A stretch of DNA of 64,000 bases, from NCBI RefSeq assembly GCF_032191835.1, contig NC_083223.1:51460001-51524000 (forward strand). Direction: 5' to 3'. Positions 51,109 through 62,283 of the stretch are shown in pieces. Each line of letters starts with the position of its first letter. Within the stretch, counting starts at the first letter, position 1. Source of the DNA: Heteronotia binoei. Lineage: Eukaryota. The position numbers were made by a program, and so were the translations under genes. Under the pieces are notes generated by a model. It had not been told where the DNA came from and ran no database searches. It saw only the letters and a program-made list of their open reading frames with translations.

Positions 51109-52624
51109 GATTTTATTTATATCCCGCCCTCCCCGCCTAGGCGGCTCAGGGCGGCTAACAACAATTCAACATTAACATAAATAGGTAAAACACTGAATTT
51201 AACAATTAAAATTAAACATATAAAAACCAGTTAATTAAATTAAAATACATAGTTTAAGTTACATTATATATATCTGGCAGCAATAAAGCTGTTCTGGCGC
51301 TGGTTCTGCCAGTTTAGATAATATTATAGATGGCGGTTCTTTGTTCCTAGCAACTCAGCAGTCGATATCGTTATAAGCTTGTCTAAAAAGGGTGGTTTTG
51401 CAGGCCCTGCGGAACTGGTCGAGGTTCCGCAGGGCCCGCACTTCCTCCGGAAGCTGGTTCCACAGTGCAGGAGCCGCAACTGAAAAGGCCCGTGCTCTGG
51501 TGTTTTGGAGTTTGGCCTCTCTCGGCCCAGGGATGGGCATTTTGTTTTTACCCACTGACCTCAGTGCCCTCTGAGGTTCATATGGGGAGAGACAGTCCCT
51601 TAGGTAGGCTGGTCCTCGGCCATATAGGGCTTTAAAGGTAATAACCAACACTTTGTACTGGACTCGGTAGGTAATTGGCAGCCAGTGCAGTCCGCGCAGC
51701 CCCGGCTGTATGTGCTCCCATTTCGAGAGCCCCAATAGTAGCCTGGCCGACGCGTTCTGCACCAGCTGCAACTTCTGGGTCCGGCACAGAGGTAGCCCCA
51801 AGTAGAGGGCATTACAGTAGTCCAATCTTGAGGTGACCGTTGCATGGATCACTGTTGCGAGGTCGCGACGTTCCAGGAAGGGGGCCAACTGCCTTGCCCA
51901 CTTCAGATGGAAGAATGCTGACTTGGCAGTGGCTGCTATCTGGGCCTCCATTGATAATGAAGGCTCCAGTAAAACACCCAAACTCCTTACCTGGCGCACT
52001 GGTTTCAATGGTGCGCCATCGAAAGTTGGGAGAGCTATTTCCCCTCCCCGGGTGCCGCGGCCCACACAAAGGACCTCTGTCTTCGCTGGATTCAACTTCA
52101 GCACACTCAGTCTGAGCCACGTCGCTACAGCCTGCAAAGCCCGATCTAGGTTCCCTGGGGTGGAGCCAGGCCGGCCATCCATTAGTAGATAGAGCTGGGT
52201 GTCATCTGCGTATTGATGGCAACCCAGCCCAAACCTCCGGACAATCTGGGCAAGGGGGCGCATATAAATGTTAAACAGCATTGGGGAGAGAACTGCTCCC
52301 TGGGGCACCCCACAATCAAGTGTGTGCCTCTGGGATCGCTCACCCCCAATAGCCACCCTTTGTCCCCGATCAGAGAGGAAGGAGGAAAGCCATTGCAAGG
52401 CCAACCCCCCAACCCCTATGTCGGCGAGGCGGCGCTTTAGCAACTGATGGTAGACTGTGTCAAATGCCGCCGACAGGTCTAATAGCATCAGTACCGCAGC
52501 GCCGCCCCAATCCAGATGCCGCTGAAGGTCATCCACCAAGGCGACCAGCACCGTCTCTGTCCCATGGCCTGGTCGGAACCCAGACTGGCACGGGTCAAGA
52601 ACGGAAGCGTCATCTAGGAACCTA
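51041..52624 (-). mobile_element. Young 5'-truncated L2 LINE inserted into L1-B ORF1
   Basis: Uninterrupted ORF from GFLDDASV through YADDTQLY to the natural stop (ORF 51355-52653). GTTAGCCGCCCTGAGCCGCC stem-loop and (ATT)n tail at 51041-51108. Short AGGTA duplication or microhomology at both ends. Confidence 0.95.
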
Positions 52625-52632
52625 GGTAGAAA

Positions 52633-53420
52633 ATGGCTAAAGTTCAAGAGCAATTGGAGGCGATGGAGACAAGACTGTTGAAGGCGATGAAAGACTTAGC
52701 AACTGGAACTGAGAAGGAACTAACGAAGGAAATAAACTCCAGTGCTGAAGAAGTCAAGAAAGTAATTAAAAAAGAGATTGATGAGCTCAGGAAAAAATCA
52801 CAAGCTACTGCTCAGAAGACACAGGAAACAGAAATTAAAGTTAAAGACCAAGATGCTACCATCAAGAAAATGCAGGAGAAAGCAACACTACAAGACTGTA
52901 AGTTAATGGAAAACATGATTCGTCTAAGAGGTGTACCTGAAAATGACCATGAGGACTTAAAGAAGTATATTTCAACAATCATTGCTGAGTATATGGGAGA
53001 GGACCCTGATGTGACGGGACATCTGTATGACTATGTTTACAGGGTTAACTCTGAATTTGCTAGAAAGAACAAAAACAAGCTACCAAGGGATGTGGTAGTA
53101 AAATTTACTACAAGAGACATGGTGGGAAAGATTTTAAGTCAACAATTTGAAAAGGCAATGGTGGTGGAAGAAAGCAGAATAAGAATAATGAAGCAGCTGC
53201 CAAGGAAAGTTATGTGACAGAAGACATTTCAAAAAATTGACAGAAAAGCTAAGGGCGAAGGGAATAAGATATAGATGGATTTTACCAGAAGGTCTTAGCT
53301 TTGAATATAAAAGACTGAGAAATAAAGTAATAGATATTCAAGGCATGGAAAGGTTTTTTTGCGGACAACAAGGAATTTGGAGATACAAAATAATTGAAGA
53401 ATCACTATGGATTACAAATT
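52633..53420 (+). pseudogene. L1-B ORF1 (coiled coil + RRM-like), disrupted
   Basis: 194-aa ORF plus out-of-frame continuation LRAKGIRYRWILPEGL. A probable N-terminal segment MSDQKLEPRLTRLRSGSLGG lies at 50982-51041, left of the L2 insertion. Confidence 0.85.
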
Positions 53421-56194
53421 AATTTCTTGGAATGTAAATGGACTAAATTCACCACAAAAAAGAAAAACGTTTCATTGGATTAAAAAACAAAAATGTAATG
53501 TATTGTTTACAAGAAGTACATATCAAACAAATAGGCTTGGGACATTACAAATAAAATAGAGATTCTTCCAAAAATAGGTGCAGACCATAATCCATTATTG
53601 TGGTTGGCAAAAGACAGGAAGAAGGTGAGGAGATGGAGATTAAATGAGGACTTATTGCAAAATGCAGAAGCAGTGACATCTCTTAAAAAAGAAACTAAAG
53701 CTTTCTTCCAAATGAATGAAAATCAAGACGTTCAATACCAGACCGTGTGGGATGCATATAAAGCTGTAATGAGAGGAATCTTAATTACATTGAACAATAA
53801 AGACGGAAGAGACAAGGAAAAACAAATGGTGGATTTACAAAAAGAAATAGGCAAAAAAGAAAGAGAATTAAGAAAGAGACTGGGGAAAAAGAAAATTTTG
53901 TGGGAGATTACAATTTTACAGAGTCAATTGAAGCACCTATTGAATAAGGAGATGGAATGGAACCTAAAAAGACTGCAGCAGAAATCTTTTGAGGGAGCTA
54001 ACAAACCCGGGAAATATTTGGCGCAGCAAATGAAGAAAAAAAGGGAGAACAAATTTATAAACAAAATTATAGTTGAAGGTAAAGAGATTGTGGATCAAGC
54101 AGGAATTAAAAGGGAATTTTACAAATACTATGCTAAACTATTTTAAGGCCAACAAGTAGATAAAGAGAAAATAAAAGCGTACTTGCAGAAAGTAAAAGTA
54201 AAGCCTTTAACAGAAACTATGGAAAAAGCCTTAAATGAACCAATTGAAAAAGTTGAAATAGAAGCAGCAATTAGTTCAATGAAATTAGGTAAAGCACCAG
54301 GTCCTGATGGTTTTTCAGCAAAATTTTACAAAGTCCTGGCAGATGCATTAGTACCGAAGCTCCAAAAGTTGATGAATATTATTAGACAAGAAGGGAAAGT
54401 GCCAAACACATGGAAGGAAGCAGTTGTTTCATTGATACCAAAGGAAGACAGAGATACCACGTGTGTTAAAAATTACAGACCGATTTCATTACTCAATAAT
54501 GACTATAAAATATTTGCTAGGATACTAGCAGAATGACTCAAACAGCATTTAAACACTTTTATTCAGGAGGAGCAAGCAGGTTTTCTCCCCAGAAGGCAAA
54601 TAAGAGACAATATCAGAACAGTAATAGATATTGTAGAATATTACGAAAAGCATCCAGTAAAAGAGGTGGCATTATTTTTTGCTGATGCAGAGAAAGCTTT
54701 TGACAATCTTAACTGGGACTTTATGTTTGTGGTGATGGAGAAATTGAAATTGGGAAATGATTTTATAAGAATGGTTATGGCAATTTATACAGAACAAAAA
54801 GCTAAACTTTGTGTGAATGCAGATCTGACAGAACAAATGATAATTAGTAAAGGTACAAGGCAAGGTTGCCCTCTATCTGCGTTGCTATTTATAATTACTT
54901 TGGAGCTTTTGCTGATGCAAATCAAAGAGGATAAAGAAAAAGAGGGGATGAAATGGAAAGGTTTTTCTTACAAATATAGGGCTTTTGCAGATGATGTGAT
55001 GTTTATTAATGAAAATCCAGATGATGTGATGTTTATTAATGACGCCATTGTTGTTAAGTAAAATTAAAGAGTATGGAGAGTTGGCGGGCTTCTATATAAA
55101 TAAAGAAAAATCAAAAATTTTAAGCAAGAATCTATCATTAAGCAAACAGAAAGAACTACAAAGTGTAACTGGATGTGAAGTTACCTTGAAAGTAAATATC
55201 TAGGTGTAGAGATTACGATGAGAAATATTGATCTGTATAAAAACAATTATGAAAAGTTTTGGCATAAATTTGAAGGAGATTTGTTAAAGTGGAATAAGCT
55301 GAATATGTCTATGCTGGGTAGGATCTCTGCAATCAAAATGAATGTTCTACCAAGAATGATGTTTCTCTTTCAAACAATTCCAATAGTGAAAGACATTAAA
55401 CAATTTAATCATTGGCAAAAAAAGATTTCAGAATTTGTATGGGCGAGTAAAAAACCAAGAATTAAAATTCTGACGGATGCGAAAGAAAGGGGTGGCTTCC
55501 AGTTGCCCGATTTTAAGTTATACCATGATGCTGTTTGTTTGGTATGGATCAAGGACTGGATAACTTTACTTAACAGGAAATTATTGGCATCAGAAGGCCA
55601 TGGGAAAGTTTTTGGTTGGCATGCTTATATGTATTATGGGAAGGAGAAGATGGATGGTTTTTTCTCACATCATTACATAAGAAGAAACTTGCTGAATACT
55701 TGGAAAAAATATAATAAATATGGTGATGAGAGAAAACCACTATGGATTGTACCAACAGAAGTCATAAAGTTATCGTCAGATCCACAGGAAGATAAATGGT
55801 TATGATATAAACAACTTGCTAAAAATACAGGGAGGCAAGGTGAAACTAAAATTGGTGGAAGAATTGCAGGACAAATTTAATTGGTACCAACTGCAACAAA
55901 TCAAAAGCTTGGTGGAGCAGGATATTAGGAATACAGGAATAAGACAAGATCAAACAGAATTGGAAAAAATGCTGTTGGGTGAGAATGAAAAATTGATTTC
56001 AAGGACTTATCAGTTACTATTGAAATGGTCTACAGAAGAGGAAGTAGTGAAACCTCAAATGATAAAATGGGCAATAAATATGAACAAAGAAATACAAATG
56101 GAGACATGGGAACATCTATGGAAGAACTCTAAGAAAATATCAACGTGTTACAACATAAAAGAGAACTGCTTCAAAATGATGTATAGATGGTATT
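53407..56194 (+). pseudogene. L1-B ORF2 (APE-RT), disrupted
   Basis: The APE jumps from QEVHIKQ to KIEILPKIGADHNP, an internal deletion. There is a 30-bp tandem duplication at the FADD motif and several stops and frameshifts. Confidence 0.9.
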
Positions 56195-56954
56195 TGCCCC
56201 CCAAGCTGGAATAAAGAGACGGACACAATTAGATTGGTGAAACTATGGCCCACTTTATTAAATAACACAGCAACGGCAAGGGCAACCGAACTGCGGCCAG
56301 GTCAGGGCCAGGGGTCTCCTCGGACCGCTCCCCTGCCTTTTTCAGCGGGTGAGAGACCCGGCACCACAGCTCCCTCCAGGCAGGCCCAGCAGGGAGGCTC
56401 GCACCGGAGGGCCCAAACACCAGACGCGAGTCTCAGCGAAAGGCACCCATCCAATCGAGTCTCCAGGACAGTCTGCATTCACACACCTCGGGCCACACCC
56501 AAAGGTTGATCCTGCCAGACCCCTAACTCCCCAAAAGGGGGAAGCTAACCGGTCCTCCCCAGGCCACATGGTGCCATAAACCCCGTAAAACCTGCCCTAA
56601 AAAGTAACCAATCTAAACAGAAGGCACCAACCCGAAGCCAAATCCTCAATCCACTGATATGCTATGCAGGGTAGGCAAAAAACACCCCCCAGTCACCAGC
56701 CAAACAGCTGGGGAGTAAAAAATTCCTACTCGGCCCCTCAACAAAAGAGGTGACCAGCAATTGCCCACATAACAAACAGGGCGGGTGGGAGGGCCAAGTT
56801 CGCCGAGAGGACTGAGGAGACACGACACAGAGGCTACAGAACAGCCGCAATAGCCCCACCTTCTCCAGACGTGCTTGGAAGCATGCTGAAACGTCCGCTC
56901 TCCGGGGGGGGGCAAAATTTCCCCTGCAGCCAAGCCGCAATGCGGCGGGCTGCA
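56195..56954 (-). mobile_element. Unclassified ~760-bp interspersed element, copy A (LTR-like, YR-element-like or Helentron-like)
   Basis: Collinear with 60503-61263. TG..CA ends, AATAAA on the minus strand near the left end, asymmetric inverted repeat TTTGCCCCCC / GGGGGGCAAA, terminal hairpin at 56923-56956, no TSD. Confidence 0.75.
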
Positions 56955-56956
56955 GG

Positions 56957-57890
56957 AGGCTCCAATCTACTCTTCACCTCTTTTTTCGTCTCCAGTTATG
57001 AGTACCAGACTACAATCATTTAAAATCCTTAATCGCTTAGAATCACCAATTAGAATCACCTCCTTCTCCAAAACAAGCTCTCCTTTATGTTGGTGGAAGT
57101 GCGAACAACTTGGAACTTATGGTCACTGCTGGTGGGAGTGTCCGTTTATACAGAAGTTCTGGTAGAATGTTCTAAACCTAATTCAATGTATTACCACTTA
57201 TAATTTACTTTTTCAACCTGGCTTCTTATTTCTGAATCAGTGGGACTCTATCTCTATTCCAAAGATACGTTGTGAATTGATCACTCGTCTTCTAGTTGCT
57301 GCTAAGACTGCCAAAGCTCCTACAAAAATTACTTGGCTCTCAAAAGTCTGGGAGAATTTAATAATGGAAAAGATCACCAATAGTCTGCTAAGCTCTTCCT
57401 CTCCTCACACACAATCACACTTTACAGACAAATGGTTTCCTTTTGTTGATTATGTCACTTCACAGGAACTTCCTCCTTACAACCCCTCACAGACGGCTAT
57501 GATCTACTTCTAGTTTCTCTTCTCACCTTCTTAGCTCTCTTATTTATCACCATCCATCTCAATTTATCTTTCCAGGCACAGGAGTGGGTATCTACAATTC
57601 TATATATTTTAACTTCCCCTTTAACTTTTTCTCTTATCCTACTTCTTTGTCCTTTTTCTTTTCTTTTAACTGTTTTAAATCTCATTTAAGTTGCAGATTG
57701 ATTGAATGCTTTTCTTGAATGATATCAATAGAGAGATCATCCAACTTTTGTTTTGAAATGCTGTTTGGCTTTACATTTTAATGAACATACTTAGGTTCCA
57801 CTTATATGTCTGTATCATTTGCTCTTGCATTTTATGTGATACCTCCTATGCTGTATTGTATGATTTTAAAATAAATTTCTTATTTAAATT
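56957..57890 (+). mobile_element. L1 ORF2 C-terminus and 3'UTR (probably L1-A)
   Basis: STRLQSFKILNRL, CWWKCEQLGTYGHCWWECPFIQKFW (CCHC), LLVAAK, MEKIT, KWFPF. Pyrimidine-rich composition resembles L1-A, not the A-rich L1-B. AATAAA near 57871. Confidence 0.88.
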
Positions 57891-58410
57891 TTAAAAAGTA
57901 CAGAGCAATGGATCTTCGTGCTACGAAGCCATTGCTGAGAACAGAGTATATCACAAACAGAACCAATATTATTCCAAGCAAAAAAGCACACAAATTAAAG
58001 CCAGCCCTGTCAGTTAGATTCCCAGGGTTAGGTGTACAGCATAGAGTCTTCATTGAATGCTCAAGGTTATCTGATGAAAGCCAGACACTGCCATGGCTAC
58101 CGGATAACAATTCCACTCCCTCCTGCACATCTTGAGAATGTTACAGCAAGTGAAAGACCCAAACATGCACAATTAGATACATGTTTGAGCAAAGTGTAAA
58201 ATGACTACAGTTCAGATTATACTGGTATGCAATGCTAGTGATACGGAGAAATGGAAGGTAATACAGAGATATGAAAATAATTAAATGAGTGAACTCCATA
58301 ATCATAGCAGTACCACTCTGACCCAATTATCAGCAAACTTGACTCAATCTACACTTCATCAGAGAGGGAAGGAAAGGATGTTTATTGTCCTAGCTGATTT
58401 TTGTCTCTAA

Positions 58411-58663
58411 CTGATTTCCCACTCACCTTACGCTGTTCTCACGCTCTTCTTCTCAGTCGGGCTTCTGTCTGATTTCACACTATCTGCCCCAGGTTTGCAA
58501 CTAGTTTTGGCTTTTTTGTGTGGCAAACAGAAACCTCTAAAAACCAGATCCTGTTTGCCGCGTGAAAAAGCTGAAGCTAGTTGCAGCCCCGGAGCAGATA
58601 GTGTGCAATTGGACGGAAGCCCCACTGAGAAGAGGAGCGTGAGAGCGGCATAAGGGAAATCGG
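58411..58663. mobile_element. Palindromic MITE with ~90-bp inverted arms
   Basis: CCTTACGCTGTTCTCACGCTCTTCTTCTCAGTCGGGCTTC..CACACTATCTGC..CAACTAG pairs with CTAGTTGC..GCAGATAGTGTG..GAAGCCCCACTGAGAAGAGGAGCGTGAGAGCGGCATAAGG. No clear TSD. Confidence 0.8.
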
Positions 58664-59159
58664 TCTCTCTCTATGACTCTCTTGCAGTCTTCCTCTGTAG
58701 CTGAAGCTAAGAGGCAGTGCAAAGTCCTTCACTTCAAACAGTTTCCATTGGAAAGGCACATTGAAAGCAAACCCAGCAGATCCTTTCTGTATTCCTGCAC
58801 TAGTGCACAAGTCCAACACCATCAACAACAACAAAACCATCCATCCAGACAGATGGATGTTTTTGTATATATCCATGTATATCATCATCATCAACAACAG
58901 CAACAAAACCATATATATATAACAACAAAACATATAAACCAAAACCAGCCTTATGTAATTCCACAGGGCCTGCAAGGCAGAGATGTTTTGTCAGGCATTT
59001 GGTTGAGACCAGTGATGGTTTACATCACAGTTGGCACCCTTCCCTTGCTCTCCATCCCTCTGACTGATCCAATGCATCTCCCCCAGATCCATGAGGTCTA
59101 CAGGCCAGAAGTGGGAGGGAACTGAAAATGTCACCACTTGCTTTTAAACTAATGTATTA

Positions 59160-60091
59160 TGTGACGGAACCGGCCCGATTCTGCCTTCAGACCCGGTCCC
59201 GTCAACTCCCTATTGAGTCGCCAACTCCTGGAGGGAGCTATTTCTCCTCCGGCCACTTGGGCTCGCTGCCACCACCTGCTCAGTCTAGGGGTCCAGATTG
59301 AGAGGAACAGGACTCCCAATCCCCCTCTCCAGCTATGAGGCCAGGCCTCAAGGTCCTCTGCCACCTTGTACTTGGGTATCACAGAGACACCAGCACTTCT
59401 TCGGGGAACCCCTGGAGGATTGGCACCTTATCCAACTGCATGCCTTCCCCCTTCCTCGGGGCCCCCTTCATAACGCAGCGTGGTCTAAGCGGTTGGGGAT
59501 CTATGTGGTACAGAGTTTGACTGCCAGCATTCAAAACAGTAAAAATGTTTAATAAGAAGAGAAAGAAAAATAAAAACAAAAACAGTTACATGTAAAAGTT
59601 TAGCACAGCACCTGATCAGCAACAAGAAGGGCAAATAAAAGGTGGATTCAAACGCATCCTCCCGTCCCTGGTGTAAACTTGGTCTACCTTGTGAATTACT
59701 TACTCGGTCTGACTGCCTGGGGTCCTCCTCCTCTTGAGTAGGCCTCTCCCACAGTCAGGAGCCCACAGACTCATAACCTCTCTCTTGGAGGGCCAGCTGC
59801 GGACTGCCCTTTTCCCGCCTAATTCAAATAAAAAGAACCAAAAGAACTTCCTGCCCCTCTAGGAGGCTTTCCCCCTAGAGTTGCTGGTTTAACTCCAGAA
59901 GGGAGGAGGGAATGAGGGGAAGGCTAAAGAACTTCCTGCCCCTCTAGGAGGCTTTCCCCCTAGAGTTGCTGGTTTAACTCCGGAAGGGAGGGGGGGGAGT
60001 GAAGGGAAGGCTAGGCCGCACAGGCTGCCTAGTAGTTTCATGTTCCCCTCCAACCAAGCACCAACATTAACCAAGATGGCGTTTCTCCACA
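59160..60091 (-). mobile_element. Solo LTR (932 bp), probably Gypsy-type
   Basis: TGTGAC...TCCACA termini and exact 5-bp TSD TATTA (59155-59159, 60092-60096). Internal 85/87-bp tandem duplication at 59841-60012. Orientation is inferred. Confidence 0.88.
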
Positions 60092-60502
60092 TATTATATG
60101 CTATGATTTTATGAATTTATTGTTTTATAGCACTGTACATCGCCTAGAACTCCAAAGCTGAGAGGATTAGGTGATTCATAAATATAGTGCCTGGAAGCAG
60201 CCAGATTCAAAAAGCAAGATATCCTTGGAGGGAGATGCCCAGGAAACTTGAATAATCCTAGCAGAACCTCCCTCTTGGAAGAGTCAAAGAACGGAGTCAC
60301 AACAGACACTAGTGCATCCAATGACTCAGAGCACTCCCCAGCGCTACTTGTTCTACAGTAAATTCCCTCCCCCCATGTGCAGCAAATCCCATTCCCATTT
60401 TCCCCACAAAAGCTGAGCTGACGGTAAAATCCAGTTGAAACAAAATTCTGAAAGGACACTATGACGGACCCCTTCCATTTTCCTCCCTCAGAGTTTAGAT
60501 TT

Positions 60503-61263
60503 TGCCCCCCAAGTTGGAGTGAAGAGTCGGACACAATGCATTGGTATAAATAATGGGCCATTTTATTAATCATCATAATAAACAGCAAGGGCACCCAAAC
60601 TGCGGCCTGGTCAGGGCTACGGGTCTCAACAGATCACTCCCCTGCCATTAGCGGGCGAGAGACCCAGCTCCCAGCCGGAGCTGAGTGACACAGCTCCCAC
60701 CATGCCGGCCCAGCAGGGAGGCACACCCCAGAGGGTCCAACCACCAGACGCACGTCTCAATGGAAGGCACCCTCTTGTCGAGCCTCCAGGACAGTCTGCA
60801 TTCTCCCCACCCCAGGTCACCAAACCCCAAGGTTGATCATGCCAGACCCCTAATTCCCCAAAAGGGGGATGCTTCATGGTCCTCCCCTAGCTGCATAGTA
60901 CCCTAAACTCCTAAAAAACCTGCCAACTAAAGTGACCACCTATTTAACAGCACCTCGCGATAGCCACTGCTCTGCTATGTAGGGTGGCAAAAAATACACC
61001 CCAGCAACTGCCAATCAGCTGGGGAGTAAAAAATTTCTACCCGGCCACCCCAAAATGAGGCAACCAGCAACTGCTTACATAGCAAACAGGGCGGGCGGGA
61101 GGGCCGATCTTGTCTGAGACTGAAGCAGGGAGCGAAGGTCTTGCCATTACAATGGCCTGGCCCTGCCCCCTAAAATACACGCCCAAACGGGCCGCCGATC
61201 CTCTCTTCCCTCCAAGGGGGCAAAGCCTGCAAATGCAGCCTAGCAGCGTTGCTTCAGGCTGCA
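60503..61263 (-). mobile_element. Unclassified ~760-bp interspersed element, copy B
   Basis: Collinear with 56195-56954, roughly 70-75% similar by eye. Same TTTGCCCCC / GGGGGCAAA inverted pair and TGCAGCC..GGCTGCA terminal hairpin. No TSD. Confidence 0.75.
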
Positions 61264-61561
61264 AGCATCAAATTCCCTCTATTTCTATTTGTCCCTTCAC
61301 TAACTGAGCAGCGCTGGTAACATGTTTATTCTTCCTCTGAAAAAAACCTTGTCTGTTCTACAGTAAGGCATATTTTGGCTGTTTGCTCAGTCAAGGAACT
61401 TGAGGGAAAGGTTTGCACTTTAACTTAAACCTTGAAAATGGCACTGGGGACACATTTAAAATTCAAAAATAGCAAAAGGATTTACTTAACATGCCAGGTG
61501 AAATCAGGTTGAAATTACTGAGGTGAAACTATTTCAAGTACAAATTTTTGATCTTATATAT

Positions 61562-61867
61562 CAGGGGTGGGGAATGTCCCTCCCGAGGGTCATAAATGGT
61601 CCTCGAGACCACTTGGTTTGGCCCTCTGGGATTGCTGGGCCAAGCTGAGCCACATGGCAGCCGCCCTGGGGTCCAGGTGGCTGGTGAGGATTCTGAGGTG
61701 CAGCCACACTGTGCAGTGGCCTCCCCAGGGGCCAGCTTGTTGGCAGGGATCATGTTGCCCAGCTGCACAGCAGCCTCCCTGGGGCCTGGCTGGCTGGCTG
61801 GCCGGCCAGGATTGCTGCAGGGCCTGGAAAAGTCACCGTCACAGTTCAAGTAAGTTCCCCCCCCCCA
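61562..61867. mobile_element. Probable hAT-type MITE (CAGGGGTGGGGAA end)
   Basis: CAGGGGTGGGGAA left end and degenerate GTTCCCCCCCCCCA right end. No TSD verified. Confidence 0.4.
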
Positions 61868-62130
61868 TTTCTTTATTTCCCGTTCTTTCTATTTCTTCTA
61901 TTTCTTTGTTTCCCTTAATTCTCCTTTCTTTATTTCCCTTCCCTCTGTTTTTTATTTCCCTTTATTCTCCTTTCTTCCCCCTTCTTTATTTTCCTTTATT
62001 ATGCTTTCTTCCTCCATTTCTTTATTTCTATTTCTTCTCCACCTTTCTTTATTTCCCTTTATTCCCTTTTCTTCCCCCCATTTATTTCTTTTTATTTGCC
62101 GTTCTTCCCCCCTTTATTTTCCTTTATTAC
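61868..62130. repeat. Pyrimidine-rich low-complexity tract (TTTC/TTCC/TTTA)
   Basis: Directly visible. Confidence 0.9.
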
Positions 62131-62169
62131 CCAGCTACCACCAATTCAATTTGCACTTGATTATCCCAG

Positions 62170-62283
62170 ATGGTGTGGTCTAATATGCTAATGAGTGTGT
62201 GACCAATATGCTAATATTAGGTGATGTGGTCTAATATGCTAATGAGTTCCTGCTGAGCCTTTTCTACTAAAAAAAAAGCCCTG
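62170..62283 (-). mobile_element. Partial CAGGGC-family MITE with triplicated GTGTGGTCTAATATGCTAATGAG
   Basis: Ends AAAAAAAAAGCCCTG. Homologous to 46139-46410 in reverse orientation. Confidence 0.7.

Larger units (their letters stand above)
49870..56194 (+). mobile_element. L1-clade LINE B (5'UTR, ORF1, decayed ORF2), 3' end missing, interrupted by L2
   Basis: ~1.1-kb 5'UTR with a YY1-type motif CGCCATTTT at 50806. ORF1 at 52633-53420 (coiled coil, ENMIRLRGVPE, LPRDVVVKF). ORF2 from 53407 (ISWNVNGLNSP, GKAPGPDG, YRPISLLN, DAEKAFD, GTRQGCPLS, AFADD, KMMYRWY) with many lesions. Confidence 0.94.

Noticed and set aside
50934-51140. Poly-Asn protein ORF
   Set aside because: It is read-through from the L1-B ORF1 start into the (TAA)n L2 tail.
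56195-61263. The two ~760-bp copies as paired LTRs of one provirus
   Set aside because: They are too divergent, there is no PBS/PPT or gag-pol between them (only L1 3' end, a MITE and another solo LTR), and no outer TSD.
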